A stretch of 64,000 nucleotides of DNA from a virus, in the IMG/VR virus record IMGVR_UViG_3300003177_000020, positions 16,033 through 80,032 of that record; one strand, 5' to 3'. Each line of letters begins with the position of its first letter. Position 1 is the stretch's first letter. Positions 9,942-19,965 of this stretch are shown here, in pieces. Made by a program: the position numbers and the translations under genes. The notes under the pieces are model-generated. The model was not told the DNA's origin, searched no databases, and worked only from the letters and a program-made list of their open reading frames with translations.

Positions 9942-10850
9942 ATGGCTACACGCAGAAAATTTGATCGCAAGCACATCAAAAAGAAACAAGAAGAAATCCG
10001 CAACCGCAACGAATCGATTTATTTGGAACTTCAGAAAAACACATGGGAGCATGTTTTTGTACTTCCACCTTGGAGTGATGAGGGGCAAATTTGGAAGGAA
10101 GTCGAAAAACATGGAATGCACGTTTGCCCGAAAAAACTGGGTGTTCGCGAGTGTGTGATCTGCAAAGAAATGAAAAAGCAAAGCAAAAAAGGGAATGTGG
10201 ATTTTGTGAAAGAGATGCGTTTGCGTCCTGTTGCATTTCTCAATGTGATCCGAACAAAAGATGTGGAGTCCGAAAATCCAGAAGAGCGCATCAAAATCCT
10301 ACGCTTATCTGCACGTCTGTTCGAACAGTTGGTGGATTATTTGGAAGATGAAGATGTGGATATTACAGAGTTGGAAGCTGCGATTCCTGTGGCGATCAAA
10401 AAGAAGCAAACAGGTGGCTGGCGCACGATTCGATATCAAGATTTGCGATTCGGAAAAACAGAAGACATCAGCGAATACATCACAGATGAAGTGCTGGATG
10501 AAGGGCTACATGATCTGGATACCATCCGAGGTGCTTTGCCTTCTTCCGATAAAGAGATGCGCAAAACAATCAAAGAATTACTTGGTGGCGGTTCAGGTTA
10601 TGACGACGACGACGATGATGATCTGGATGATGACTTTGATGATGATGACGACAGTGGCTTCCCATCCACAAAAGATGTGCAGCGCGGATCGAAAAAATCA
10701 GATGATCTGGACGACGATGACGATGATGATCTGGATGATGAAACACAAACACTATTTGAAACAAAAAGGAACCAACATGCTTATTGTCGTGGATATCTCA
10801 GGAATTTTATTTGCATCTGCTTTCGCATCACGCAGAACAAAAAACGGTAG
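9942..10850 (+). CDS. gp32-like single-stranded DNA-binding protein (natural stop probably lost near 10745)
   Basis: VLPPW, H..C..C..C zinc motif, long poly-Asp tail; reads on out of frame into the next gene. Confidence 0.7.
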   Translation: MATRRKFDRKHIKKKQEEIRNRNESIYLELQKNTWEHVFVLPPWSDEGQIWKEVEKHGMHVCPKKLGVRECVICKEMKKQSKKGNVDFVKEMRLRPVAFLNVIRTKDVESENPEERIKILRLSARLFEQLVDYLEDEDVDITELEAAIPVAIKKKQTGGWRTIRYQDLRFGKTEDISEYITDEVLDEGLHDLDTIRGALPSSDKEMRKTIKELLGGGSGYDDDDDDDLDDDFDDDDDSGFPSTKDVQRGSKKSDDLDDDDDDDLDDETQTLFETKRNQHAYCRGYLRNFICICFRITQNKKR

Positions 10851-11613
10851 TGTGATCGATGGTACGCTTCAGGCTGTTGGTTCTTTGTTTCAAAATTATC
10901 AACCTGATGAAATGGTTATTTGTTGGGATGCAGGACATTCAGGTCGGCACTTTATCCTTCCAGAATATAAAGGATCGCGCAGAACGGATACTGAGATCCG
11001 TGATCTGATAGTTGAAAAGGAAGATTTGATTTTTGAATGCTTGGATTGCTTACCCGTGAAAAACTTACGTGTGCGTGGATTTGAAGCTGATGATTTGATA
11101 GGTGAAGTTGTATCCTACGAGCGCGATGATTTTGCGATCATCATTTCAAACGACCGAGATCTGTACCAACTGGCAAACCACAACACCAAGCAGCACACGT
11201 TGTACAGCGATCCAGTTACAATGGGTATCAAACCAAAACAAGTCGTGATGTACAAATCAATTGTTGGTGATGTTTCGGATAACGTCAAAGGCATCACAGG
11301 TATTGGTGAGAAAAAAGTCAAAGGTGTGATCGCGCAACACAAAAGCATTACGAGATTGATCAAACACCTAAAAGAATCAAACGAACGTTTCGGTAGAATG
11401 GACGCGCAAGAAGCAATTGATCGATTACAGCGCAATCAAGACTTGATGACTTTGGATGGTCGACTGCTTCCGCAACACATCAAAGAGGAAATACGGAAAC
11501 AATACACAGCACCGATACAATCTGATTTTCAAGAACTGCATCGGTTGTTTACAGAGAATAATTTGAAAAAGTTACTGCGCAGATTTGATCGTTTCGTGTC
11601 GCAGTTTGAATAA
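10777..11613 (+). CDS. 5'-3' exonuclease / flap endonuclease (T4 RNase H / T5 D15-like)
   Basis: MLIVVD, CWD, YKGSR, EADDLIG, SNDRDLYQL, GDVSDNVKGITGIGEK; AAGGA RBS. Confidence 0.92.
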   Translation: MLIVVDISGILFASAFASRRTKNGSVIDGTLQAVGSLFQNYQPDEMVICWDAGHSGRHFILPEYKGSRRTDTEIRDLIVEKEDLIFECLDCLPVKNLRVRGFEADDLIGEVVSYERDDFAIIISNDRDLYQLANHNTKQHTLYSDPVTMGIKPKQVVMYKSIVGDVSDNVKGITGIGEKKVKGVIAQHKSITRLIKHLKESNERFGRMDAQEAIDRLQRNQDLMTLDGRLLPQHIKEEIRKQYTAPIQSDFQELHRLFTENNLKKLLRRFDRFVSQFE

Positions 11614-11628
11614 GAAAGGCAGGAAAGA

Positions 11629-12558
11629 ATGGCAGCAAAAAAAGAAACTACCAGAAAGAGAAGAACCAAAAAGGAAGAAGCTCCCAAGAGTAACAGACTC
11701 GCAAAGTTGGCAGATCGTTTGAGTGAATCGTTAGGGAGTGAAAGCTTCCATCTTGGTGGTAGTGGTTTGTGTTCTCCACGAATATATATTCCTTCTTTGA
11801 TCCCAGATTTGGATCAAGTGCTTGATCGTGAAGGTCGCGGATGGGCTGGTGGCAGAATTGTTGAATTGTACGGTGCGTCCGCAACATCCAAAACAGGTAT
11901 TGGATATGCACTAGGTGCAAGCTGCCAACAACAAGGTGGTGACTTCATTTTGATACCTGCAGAGGGTAACGTGGATGAGTGGTTGTTACGTCAATATGGT
12001 GTTGATCTTGATACGCTCTTGATTGTGGATAAAAACACTGTTGAGGAAATATTCTTTTTTGTGAAGAAAGTTCTGGAAGATACAGAAACTCCAACAGTGA
12101 TCATGATCGATTCTTTGGCAGGGATGTGTACCAAAGAAGAATTTGAAAGCGATACGTTCGAACGGGATCGTGCAGCACAACTCCGAGCATTTTTGACTTC
12201 AAAAGCACTTCGCAAAATATCCACAATCGTACCAAAAACAAACACGATTCTTTTTATGATCAATCAAGTTCGTGAGGGTGCAACAGTGGGAGTGCTGAAA
12301 CAAAAAGACAAACCTACAGGTGGGCACGCCATTGGATTCTATTGTGATATCCGCATTCGCCTAGAAAATATCGGAAGGATCAACAGAACAAAAGCAGGGA
12401 AGAAATACGTGGCTGGTTTCAAACTCCGTGCAACTGCTGAAAAGAATCGTCTTGCGGAACCATTCGCAACCAGTGAGTTCATGCTGGACTTTGATAAAGG
12501 TATGTCTTCGATGCCTGAAAAGAAAACCAAGAAAAAAAGTGCAGGTGGTGAAACATGA
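11629..12558 (+). CDS. recA: RecA/UvsX-like recombinase
   Basis: GRIVELYGASATSKT, IDSLA, SKALRK, FMINQVRE, TGGHAIGFYCDIRI, KNRL. Confidence 0.92.
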   Translation: MAAKKETTRKRRTKKEEAPKSNRLAKLADRLSESLGSESFHLGGSGLCSPRIYIPSLIPDLDQVLDREGRGWAGGRIVELYGASATSKTGIGYALGASCQQQGGDFILIPAEGNVDEWLLRQYGVDLDTLLIVDKNTVEEIFFFVKKVLEDTETPTVIMIDSLAGMCTKEEFESDTFERDRAAQLRAFLTSKALRKISTIVPKTNTILFMINQVREGATVGVLKQKDKPTGGHAIGFYCDIRIRLENIGRINRTKAGKKYVAGFKLRATAEKNRLAEPFATSEFMLDFDKGMSSMPEKKTKKKSAGGET

Positions 12559-13694
12559 AAATCGCATTTATTGGCGACACACATCTTGGGAGATCTGTTC
12601 ACGGGTATGATATGACACCGCATATCCAACAGCAGATGGACGCCTTCTTTGATTTTTGCGTGAAGCATGAAGTTGATATGGCGATCCATTTGGGGGATTT
12701 ATTTGATACTCCTAAACCAAAAGACACCCATCAAAGGATCGCAATTCAGTGGGCAAAAAAGTTTGATGCTGAAGAAATACAATTGTACTTGCTTGTTGGG
12801 AATCACGATTGCATTGCTCGCAAAGATTATCCCACAGCACTTGAATTGTTGAAAGCAATTGATTTTGAAAATGTGCGCGTTGTTGATCAAGCACGGATGG
12901 ATCTCATTGGGCATTCAAATAAAGATTTGTATTTGCTTTCGTTGCCATTCCCATCGGCAGGTTTGATTGAAAACCACAAACAATGGCGGGATAGTATTTT
13001 TAAGTTACTACATAAAAAGCCACATGATGCACCGTTTATTTGTGTTTCGCATTTGAATGTAGGTGGCGCATCACTTGGAAATCAAAACTGGGTGTACAGG
13101 GGAAAAGATTTTGCTGTCCCTGATTTTGGTATTGAAGAAAAAAACCTGCAAATAATTGTGAATGGACATATCCATAAGCACCAATTGTTACCTTCAACAT
13201 TATGTCTTGGCGCAGCACTACCATTGACTTTCGGTGAGATAGAAAATCCAGCAGGGTTTTTGATATATGATACGGTCGAAGAAGACTCACAATATTACAC
13301 TGCTGATCCTGATGTTGCTCTTTACGATTTGAAGCTGGACGTCACCACTGCAACAAATGGTGAGCCTATTGGCACACAGAACATTTTGTTTTTGATCGAT
13401 ATGCTAGATCTCAATGGTAAGCTGGTGAAGCTGCAGCCAGTTATTGATTTGGAATCTACAGTAGACTGGGATCGTGTTGTTGCGTACCTACAAGAAAAAG
13501 GTGCGACACATGTTATTGCTGAAATACCAAAATTTGATTCACCGCAACTGGCAGAAAAAATATCCTACATTGGGAACCAGCATGAGCTTGTGGATGAGTA
13601 TCTTTCGTCTTTCGATCTTGGTGATAAAAAAGGTGTGATCACGCAAGCATTCCAAAAGGTACTCGGCATTCATTCCAAAACAAAAAACAATTAA
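12555..13694 (+). CDS. sbcD: SbcD/Mre11-like metallophosphoesterase nuclease
   Basis: GDTHLG, GDLFD, GNHD, GHIHKHQ. Confidence 0.9.
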   Translation: MKIAFIGDTHLGRSVHGYDMTPHIQQQMDAFFDFCVKHEVDMAIHLGDLFDTPKPKDTHQRIAIQWAKKFDAEEIQLYLLVGNHDCIARKDYPTALELLKAIDFENVRVVDQARMDLIGHSNKDLYLLSLPFPSAGLIENHKQWRDSIFKLLHKKPHDAPFICVSHLNVGGASLGNQNWVYRGKDFAVPDFGIEEKNLQIIVNGHIHKHQLLPSTLCLGAALPLTFGEIENPAGFLIYDTVEEDSQYYTADPDVALYDLKLDVTTATNGEPIGTQNILFLIDMLDLNGKLVKLQPVIDLESTVDWDRVVAYLQEKGATHVIAEIPKFDSPQLAEKISYIGNQHELVDEYLSSFDLGDKKGVITQAFQKVLGIHSKTKNN

Positions 13695-13712
13695 TTCTGC
13701 GAAAGGTAAGTC

Positions 13713-13931
13713 ATGAACGTGAAAATACCACCAACAGGGACGATACCTGTGCGGATGGATAAGATTATCCGCGAAACAAAATCGTTGTATTTGCTGCGAG
13801 ATAAGCAGAAACGCATTTTATGGGTGCCAAAAAATCAAGTGCTTTTAGACTCCAGTAGGCATTTGGTTTTTCATATCAACGTCGAATTTGCAGCACAAAA
13901 CAGCATTGTATCAAACGTGGTGATCCGATGA
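13713..13931 (+). CDS. Hypothetical small protein
   Basis: AAAGG RBS; RETK..L......WVPK pattern; stop overlaps next start. Confidence 0.6.
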   Translation: MNVKIPPTGTIPVRMDKIIRETKSLYLLRDKQKRILWVPKNQVLLDSSRHLVFHINVEFAAQNSIVSNVVIR

Positions 13932-15709
13932 TCATTCAAAAAATAATCTTGCACAACTTCATGGGCTACAAGGGCACAACGAATATTGATTTTTCAGGGA
14001 AAAAGATCATTGCTATTTGTGGGAAAAACGAGAGTGGTAAAAGCTCAATACTACAAGCAATTTCTTATGCTTTGTTCGGTAAAACACGCGCTAAAAAGGA
14101 AACACAACTCATACATGCTGACGCAGATGCTATGTTTGTGGAGTTGCATTTTGATCTGGATGGTGTGGTGTATTGGGTGCGTCGTGGTCGGGATAGCGAT
14201 AACAAAGCCTCTATCCAGACTTCATTCACATCGGAAGTTGCCAAACCTTCGCAAGTGACCGCGCAGTTGAAAGATATTCTGCGGATTGAATATGACGATT
14301 TTCAAGCTCTGTTGTATTTCAAACAAGGTGATATTCATCAGTTCATGAGTGGCAATAAAAAAGCATTCTTCCAGCGGTGGGCATCAGGCTTACGGTTATG
14401 GGCAGAATACAAAGAGATCGCAAAGCATGAAGCAGCCAGTATTCAGTCAGATATTGAGACTCAAAAATTGAAAATAGAGGCTGCACTCCAAATCCGAAAT
14501 AGAGAGTCAAGTATCCTAACGTCTTTTTTGGAGTATGAACAACAAGCAAATGCAGCCTATGAGCTATTGCTTGAACTGCAGCAACAATACCACTCTGCAA
14601 AACAAGAAGCAGCGGATCTTGGCACACCTGCATCTATCGAAATGAAAATAGATGATTTGCAGGAATCCATGCGATCCGTTGATAAGAAAATGCATTTCGC
14701 AAAAGACAAAGGATTGCGACTCAAATCACAAATTGAATCTAGCACCAAAGGTATGTGTCCTGTGATCCCGAATACCAAATGCGATCAATTGCGGAATCAC
14801 AACGCAGAAATTGTTGAACGTATGGCAGATGATCTCAATTTTTACCGTGCAGAATACATTGAAAAGAAAGCAGAGTACACGAGACTGTTTGCGGAAGTCG
14901 AAAAGCTAAAGCAGGATTTGCAGCAGATTGAAGATCATCCTGTAATCAAACAACTCACGGTGGCACATGCAGCATATAAAGAAGCAAAGAAAAAGCACAA
15001 AATAATGCAAACACAATTTGCATCGGTGCAGCAAGAAAAAGAACAGCTTTTGCAATCCAAAAAGAACATAGCTGAAGCACGTAAAACAATCGCAAAACTA
15101 GAAAAGGATTTGTGGGTTTGGAATTTTGTGCAGATCATGTGTGGCGACTCTGGTATTCCATCAAAAATAATGGAGATCGAGATCGCGCAAGTTGAACACA
15201 AATGCAACTGGGTTCTTGAAAAGTTGGGTTACAAAAAACGAATACAATTCAAGCCATACAAAGAACTTTCTGCCTACGAAAAGGTGTGTTCATGCGGGGC
15301 GTCTGGTTGGAAGAAACAGCAATGCACAACTTGCGGATCGAAGCGCAAAAGAAAACGCAAAAATGAACCCACAGTGTCAATCGTGGACGGTGCTAGTATT
15401 CGACCGTTTGAACTGGAAAGTGGTGGTGCGCAGGTGATTCAATCTTTTGCGGTGCGCCTTGCTTGTTCCTTGTTTCTATCCAGTATGCTGCATGTGCGAT
15501 ACAAGTTTGTTTTGCTTGATGAAGTCTTCGCAATGTTGGATCGGGATAACAGGCAAACACTGATGGAGTTGATTCTTGATAAGCTGGGATCGGTTTTTGG
15601 ACTGGAGCAGCAATTTGTGGTTTCGCACCACGAGGACATCGTAAATTCTGTGGAGCATATTCTCCTTGTAGAAAAAAAGAATGATGTTTCTAAAGTGCGG
15701 TGGTTGTAA
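13928..15709 (+). CDS. sbcC: SbcC/Rad50-like ATPase
   Basis: NFMGY, GKNESGKSS Walker A, coiled coils, CPV hook, ESGG signature, LLDEVFAMLD, VSH. Confidence 0.92.
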   Translation: MIIQKIILHNFMGYKGTTNIDFSGKKIIAICGKNESGKSSILQAISYALFGKTRAKKETQLIHADADAMFVELHFDLDGVVYWVRRGRDSDNKASIQTSFTSEVAKPSQVTAQLKDILRIEYDDFQALLYFKQGDIHQFMSGNKKAFFQRWASGLRLWAEYKEIAKHEAASIQSDIETQKLKIEAALQIRNRESSILTSFLEYEQQANAAYELLLELQQQYHSAKQEAADLGTPASIEMKIDDLQESMRSVDKKMHFAKDKGLRLKSQIESSTKGMCPVIPNTKCDQLRNHNAEIVERMADDLNFYRAEYIEKKAEYTRLFAEVEKLKQDLQQIEDHPVIKQLTVAHAAYKEAKKKHKIMQTQFASVQQEKEQLLQSKKNIAEARKTIAKLEKDLWVWNFVQIMCGDSGIPSKIMEIEIAQVEHKCNWVLEKLGYKKRIQFKPYKELSAYEKVCSCGASGWKKQQCTTCGSKRKRKRKNEPTVSIVDGASIRPFELESGGAQVIQSFAVRLACSLFLSSMLHVRYKFVLLDEVFAMLDRDNRQTLMELILDKLGSVFGLEQQFVVSHHEDIVNSVEHILLVEKKNDVSKVRWL

Positions 15710-15723
15710 GGAGAAAATAAGAA

Positions 15724-17061
15724 ATGGGAACGGAAACAAAAAGCAAAAAGCTGTATTCTGATAACGCCAAAGTGATGGAACTAGATCCAAATGACATTTT
15801 GATTTCGTGGCGTGCCAGACGCGACTTCGGAGATATAAAAAGTCTGGCAGAAGATATTCAAACAAACGGGCAAATAGAACCGATTGCTGTTTCTCGTATG
15901 GATGGAGGGTGGTTGGTGGTTGCAGGTTTACGCAGAGCACAAGCGTGTGCATATGCAGGGATTTTGGTCAAGGCTATTGAAATCCACACTACAGATCATT
16001 CGCACCTGCTCCATGTTCAATTCAGTGAGAACTTTTCCCGTAAGAATTTCTCTTTGTTGGAAGTTGGCGAAGCGATCAAAAAGCTGCAAGCCACCTATAA
16101 AAAATCAAACCAAGAGGACAAATCATCCACCGCATTTATCAAGGCAGCCAGTGAGCAATTAGGGTGCAGCCCATCAACGATACGCGATATGCTGAAAATT
16201 GCAGAGATGCCACAGCTTGTAAAACAGAAGATCATATCTGCTGGATCAACAAAACAACAAAACAAAGTGGCTCGCAAAGAACTGGCAGCCAAAAGAAAGA
16301 CTGACAAACGAAAGAAACAACAACAAAAGGTATCTGCCATCTTACAGCACCGCAAAACAAATGCAGATCAATACAAATATTTTTTGTACAATGAAAGCTA
16401 CAAAAAGATGCTGCGAAGACTTCCCAAAGAGTTTTTTGATCTTGTGCTTACAGATCCTCCATTCGAGTTGTGTTGGTCGGAGGTTTCGCACGATACCAGA
16501 AAAGATATCAATGAAAGTTTGTATTGGGATCAACTTGATCTTTCTTGGGTTGATGATGTGATCCCGTATTTGCAGAAAGATTCTTCTGTGCTGGCATTTT
16601 GCAGCGCGGAGTTGATCGGATCATACAAGCAGAAATTTGAAAGTGCTGGCTTGAAATGGCGTGGGCATATCGCATGGCATAAAAGCAATCCATGCCCAGT
16701 ACACCGCAATGTATACGCTTCAAGCATGGAATACATCGTGTGGGCTTCTAAGGGATCACCGTATTTCGAAGCGTGGGAAAATGCAGGTACTCTGGAATGC
16801 CACAACTTCAAACAGTATCCAACATGCAGCGGGAGTATTCGGAACCACCCGACACAGAAACCGATTGCACTTTTGGAAGAATTGTTACTGCGCCATTCTT
16901 TTCCTAAAGCAAGAGTCCTTGATCCTTTCGGTGGATCATTTTCTACCGTGGCAGCGTGTCTAAAACATGATCGTGAATGTCACAGTTCCGAGATTGATAA
17001 CGACTATTTTGAAGATGGAAAACTACTTGTAGCCTCCGTGTTATCGGAGTTGATCGCATGA
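15724..17061 (+). CDS. ParB-like domain fused to a beta-class (N6/N4) DNA methyltransferase
   Basis: R.DFGDI..LA.DI...GQIEPI, AG.RR..A, EN..RK (ParB); TDPPF, WHKSNP, HPTQKP, VLDPFGGS (MTase). Confidence 0.9.
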   Translation: MGTETKSKKLYSDNAKVMELDPNDILISWRARRDFGDIKSLAEDIQTNGQIEPIAVSRMDGGWLVVAGLRRAQACAYAGILVKAIEIHTTDHSHLLHVQFSENFSRKNFSLLEVGEAIKKLQATYKKSNQEDKSSTAFIKAASEQLGCSPSTIRDMLKIAEMPQLVKQKIISAGSTKQQNKVARKELAAKRKTDKRKKQQQKVSAILQHRKTNADQYKYFLYNESYKKMLRRLPKEFFDLVLTDPPFELCWSEVSHDTRKDINESLYWDQLDLSWVDDVIPYLQKDSSVLAFCSAELIGSYKQKFESAGLKWRGHIAWHKSNPCPVHRNVYASSMEYIVWASKGSPYFEAWENAGTLECHNFKQYPTCSGSIRNHPTQKPIALLEELLLRHSFPKARVLDPFGGSFSTVAACLKHDRECHSSEIDNDYFEDGKLLVASVLSELIA

Positions 17062-17759
17062 GTTCACCTACACCACAGCACTCGCCATTCTTGCATATAG
17101 GAATTGATCAATCTTTGAATGGATCTGGTATTGCTGCTGTGTTCCAAGGTGCAGTTGTATCTTTTGAAGCATTTACAACAGTGCAGAGGAATGCGAGAAA
17201 CAGCCCTAATTTGCATTTTTTCAAGTCAATCGACCATTCTATGGCATCAAGGATAGAACGCGTCGAATTTGTATCTAAATGGCTTTTACAGCGGATTGTA
17301 TATCTTCGCCACAAATTTGGTGTTCCTGCCTATGTTGGAATTGAAGGTTACGCGATGAATAAAAAGTCTAATCGCTTTTCAGATCTTTGTGAGCTTGGTG
17401 GTGCTGTAAAACTGGGGTTGTTTCAAAATAACATCCCGTATCAAGTCTATGCTCCTCCGACTTTGAAAAAAGTATTCACAGGTAAAGGCAATGCCAAAAA
17501 GCCACAAATGATCGCAGCATGTGAATCACTTACAGGAATTGATCTTTCTGCGTATGGTAAGTCAGCAGAAGATTTAGCCGATGCGATCTTAATTGCGAAG
17601 ATGTGTGAATATCATGTGCTTGCGCGGATGTTACCCGATGTCGAAATTCCGATGTCGATAAAAAAAGAATTGCATACACCACAAAAAAACAACCTCCCAA
17701 TATGCAAACGTGAATTTATCCTGCGAGGACAACACCCCAGATACAGACAGTTTGATTGA
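17058..17759 (+). CDS. ruvC: RuvC-like Holliday junction resolvase
   Basis: GIDQSLNGSG, IEGYA, ELGG, P.TLKK..TGKGNAKK, DLADA. Confidence 0.85.
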   Translation: MSSPTPQHSPFLHIGIDQSLNGSGIAAVFQGAVVSFEAFTTVQRNARNSPNLHFFKSIDHSMASRIERVEFVSKWLLQRIVYLRHKFGVPAYVGIEGYAMNKKSNRFSDLCELGGAVKLGLFQNNIPYQVYAPPTLKKVFTGKGNAKKPQMIAACESLTGIDLSAYGKSAEDLADAILIAKMCEYHVLARMLPDVEIPMSIKKELHTPQKNNLPICKREFILRGQHPRYRQFD

Positions 17760-17767
17760 GGCACGAT

Positions 17768-18067
17768 ATGGCACGTAAACTGAGTGATGCGAAAAAGCAA
17801 AAGATTTGTGGTTTGATTTCGTACATCCGATATCGATTGAAGATTGATAACCCGATGCCTGTCGAAGTACGCTTGCACGGGTCAAATTTGGATGAGGAAC
17901 AAATTATCACATATCGAAACTTTGATTGTCCCGCGTATGACAGCTGCGTATATATCGCGGGTATTTCGGGATGGCAATGGATGTCCTGCCGTGCGTGTGC
18001 AGAATTTACAGCGCAGCACCATACACCAATTTTTAGAAAAGAAAGGGTTACAGAAGATGATCACTAG
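17768..18067 (+). CDS. Small Cys-rich (probable Zn-binding) protein
   Basis: RNFDCPAYDSC......W..MSCRAC; GAGG RBS. Confidence 0.65.
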   Translation: MARKLSDAKKQKICGLISYIRYRLKIDNPMPVEVRLHGSNLDEEQIITYRNFDCPAYDSCVYIAGISGWQWMSCRACAEFTAQHHTPIFRKERVTEDDH

Positions 18068-18521
18068 ACAACACAGAGTTGCAGCCAAGAAACAATTTCG
18101 AGTTTGGAAAAACAAGCTGAAGGCATTGATTGATCGCGAGTGCAAATACGAATTGGAAACAGATGGAACACTCACACTCCTGATGCCTACGCAGATCACC
18201 AAAACAGTCTGGTCGATCACAATGCGTCAATTACAGAAAACAATTAAAACTGGAAACAAGAATGATCTGATTGAAGCCATGAATAAATTTGCGCGTGTGG
18301 CTTTTTCGCTTCCAGAAGAAGATACTCCAACTGCTTATGGTGCTTTTGTTCCTGTTGGTGATTTGCGTCGCGCGTTGTTTCTGCTGGAAGAGATGCAGGA
18401 GAGCGGTAAATTCGATCACTATGAAAAGATCACCACACAAGCACATGCCTCAATCCACAAAGCACTTATTGAGATCCATTTGGAAACGGAAACACAAGGA
18501 GGGACAGATGCCGATCATTAA
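18057..18521 (+). CDS. Hypothetical protein
   Basis: Tightly packed operon ORF. Confidence 0.6.
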   Translation: MITRQHRVAAKKQFRVWKNKLKALIDRECKYELETDGTLTLLMPTQITKTVWSITMRQLQKTIKTGNKNDLIEAMNKFARVAFSLPEEDTPTAYGAFVPVGDLRRALFLLEEMQESGKFDHYEKITTQAHASIHKALIEIHLETETQGGTDADH

Positions 18522-18936
18522 AATCAAATCAAGCAACATTCACAGCATCCAGTATTTCTATGATGATCATAATCTGGAAGTGGGATTCAACAGTGGGAAG
18601 CTTTACATCTACCACCAAGTGCCAGAAGAACTGTTTGATCAATTTACAGCAGCAGAAAGCAAAGGCACATTTTTCAGAAAAAACATTCGTGGGAAGTTTT
18701 CGTACTTGTGTCTTGGAAACACTCTGGATATCTGGTGTGAGCGTATAGAAAGCAAAGCACGGCATGTACCTCTGGATGATTGTCGTGCCTTGGATGAATA
18801 TGACAACCAAGTGCTACAAGCAAGCGCAGCCAAGAAAGTGCATCTTCGATTTTCGGATGGCGAGGAGTTCGTCATTCCGTATGATTGCTATCTGGATCGT
18901 CTTGCGGACGTGGCATTTATTCCTGCTGAGATGTGA
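18508..18936 (+). CDS. KTSC domain protein
   Basis: SSNIHSIQY....LEV.F.SG..Y.Y..VP...F..F..AESKG.FF...IR; AGGAGG RBS. Confidence 0.88.
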   Translation: MPIIKIKSSNIHSIQYFYDDHNLEVGFNSGKLYIYHQVPEELFDQFTAAESKGTFFRKNIRGKFSYLCLGNTLDIWCERIESKARHVPLDDCRALDEYDNQVLQASAAKKVHLRFSDGEEFVIPYDCYLDRLADVAFIPAEM

Positions 18937-18938
18937 TC

Positions 18939-19325
18939 ATGCCAAAGAAAAAACAAATACCAAACTTTGTGGCTGCCAAATGGATCAAGGAAATCAAAAA
19001 GCACCACGAGCTAAAATCTTCTGAACGTATTCAAGACTTAGTGCGCGATACTTTGTTTGAAAAATTGCCGACAGAAAAAGATCGATCAAACGGTGTATTG
19101 ATTCTTGGATACAAAATTTACATTGTGTTTGTGCGAGCCATTCTTCGCATCGACTGGCAGCAAATAGAAGAATGCGAGTTCCACGATTGCCGAGTGATTG
19201 TTGATCCAGATTCACAATATCGCATCAGTCCGTTGCATGGCGATAACAGGGATGCACTCGCACACGCTCTTTACAACCTTGGTGATCGTTTATCACATGC
19301 GTTCACCAAAACTTTTGATGTGTAA
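18939..19325 (+). CDS. Hypothetical protein
   Basis: Operon ORF. Confidence 0.6.
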   Translation: MPKKKQIPNFVAAKWIKEIKKHHELKSSERIQDLVRDTLFEKLPTEKDRSNGVLILGYKIYIVFVRAILRIDWQQIEECEFHDCRVIVDPDSQYRISPLHGDNRDALAHALYNLGDRLSHAFTKTFDV

Positions 19326-19347
19326 CACATCGCAGAAAGGGATTATT

Positions 19348-19941
19348 ATGGCAAAAGAATTAGATGATCGCGTGCTTGAAGTTTACAAACCACCTTTTTA
19401 CTACGATCAACATTCAGGATACATTTGCGATTCCAACCACGAAGTTATTTCAGATAAATGGCGTCAAGGTGTAACGCGAGGTCGTGGATGGGGTCGTGCT
19501 TACAAAATGGAAAACTACAAGATTGTTCATGATGAAATCGGAAAGCATATTGCTGCAGCCTTGAATCAATACTGGGAAGCCAAGAATACATCAGCACGTG
19601 ATCCCGATAACGAAGATCCCAAACCTACAGGCAGAGTCAAACACCCCATGCAGCCCGTTGTTTGGTCTGAAAATAACATACTTCGTTTTCAACAAAATCG
19701 TGTTGTGGATTTGATGCTGAAGCAATTGGAAAAACGTGGGTACACACTGAATGATTTGTATCCCGATCTGCACCGTGAATATGATGATGAGCAAATTTTC
19801 GATGACATTGATCAATTCAACCAGCTGATTGGTTATTCGGTTTCAGGCATCCCATTGAATGACGAATCAATCCAAGATCGCGCTTATGAAGAAGCATACA
19901 AAAACGGACTGCTTGAAAGACCAGATACAGAACAGAAGTGA
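19348..19941 (+). CDS. Hypothetical phage protein (possibly two fused domains)
   Basis: PPF.YD..GYI.DS..RGWG motif plus HPMQP..RFQ.N..V..QLIGYSVSG motif. Confidence 0.7.
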   Translation: MAKELDDRVLEVYKPPFYYDQHSGYICDSNHEVISDKWRQGVTRGRGWGRAYKMENYKIVHDEIGKHIAAALNQYWEAKNTSARDPDNEDPKPTGRVKHPMQPVVWSENNILRFQQNRVVDLMLKQLEKRGYTLNDLYPDLHREYDDEQIFDDIDQFNQLIGYSVSGIPLNDESIQDRAYEEAYKNGLLERPDTEQK

Positions 19942-19965
19942 TCGCCAACACGAAAGGGAAACACC

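Noticed and set aside
10600-10742. GAT/GAC microsatellite as a regulatory repeat
   Set aside because: Explained by the acidic SSB tail
10261-10776. Met-rich N-terminal extension of the exonuclease
   Set aside because: It is the off-frame reading of the SSB GAT/GAC poly-Asp codons; the true start is 10777 with an RBS
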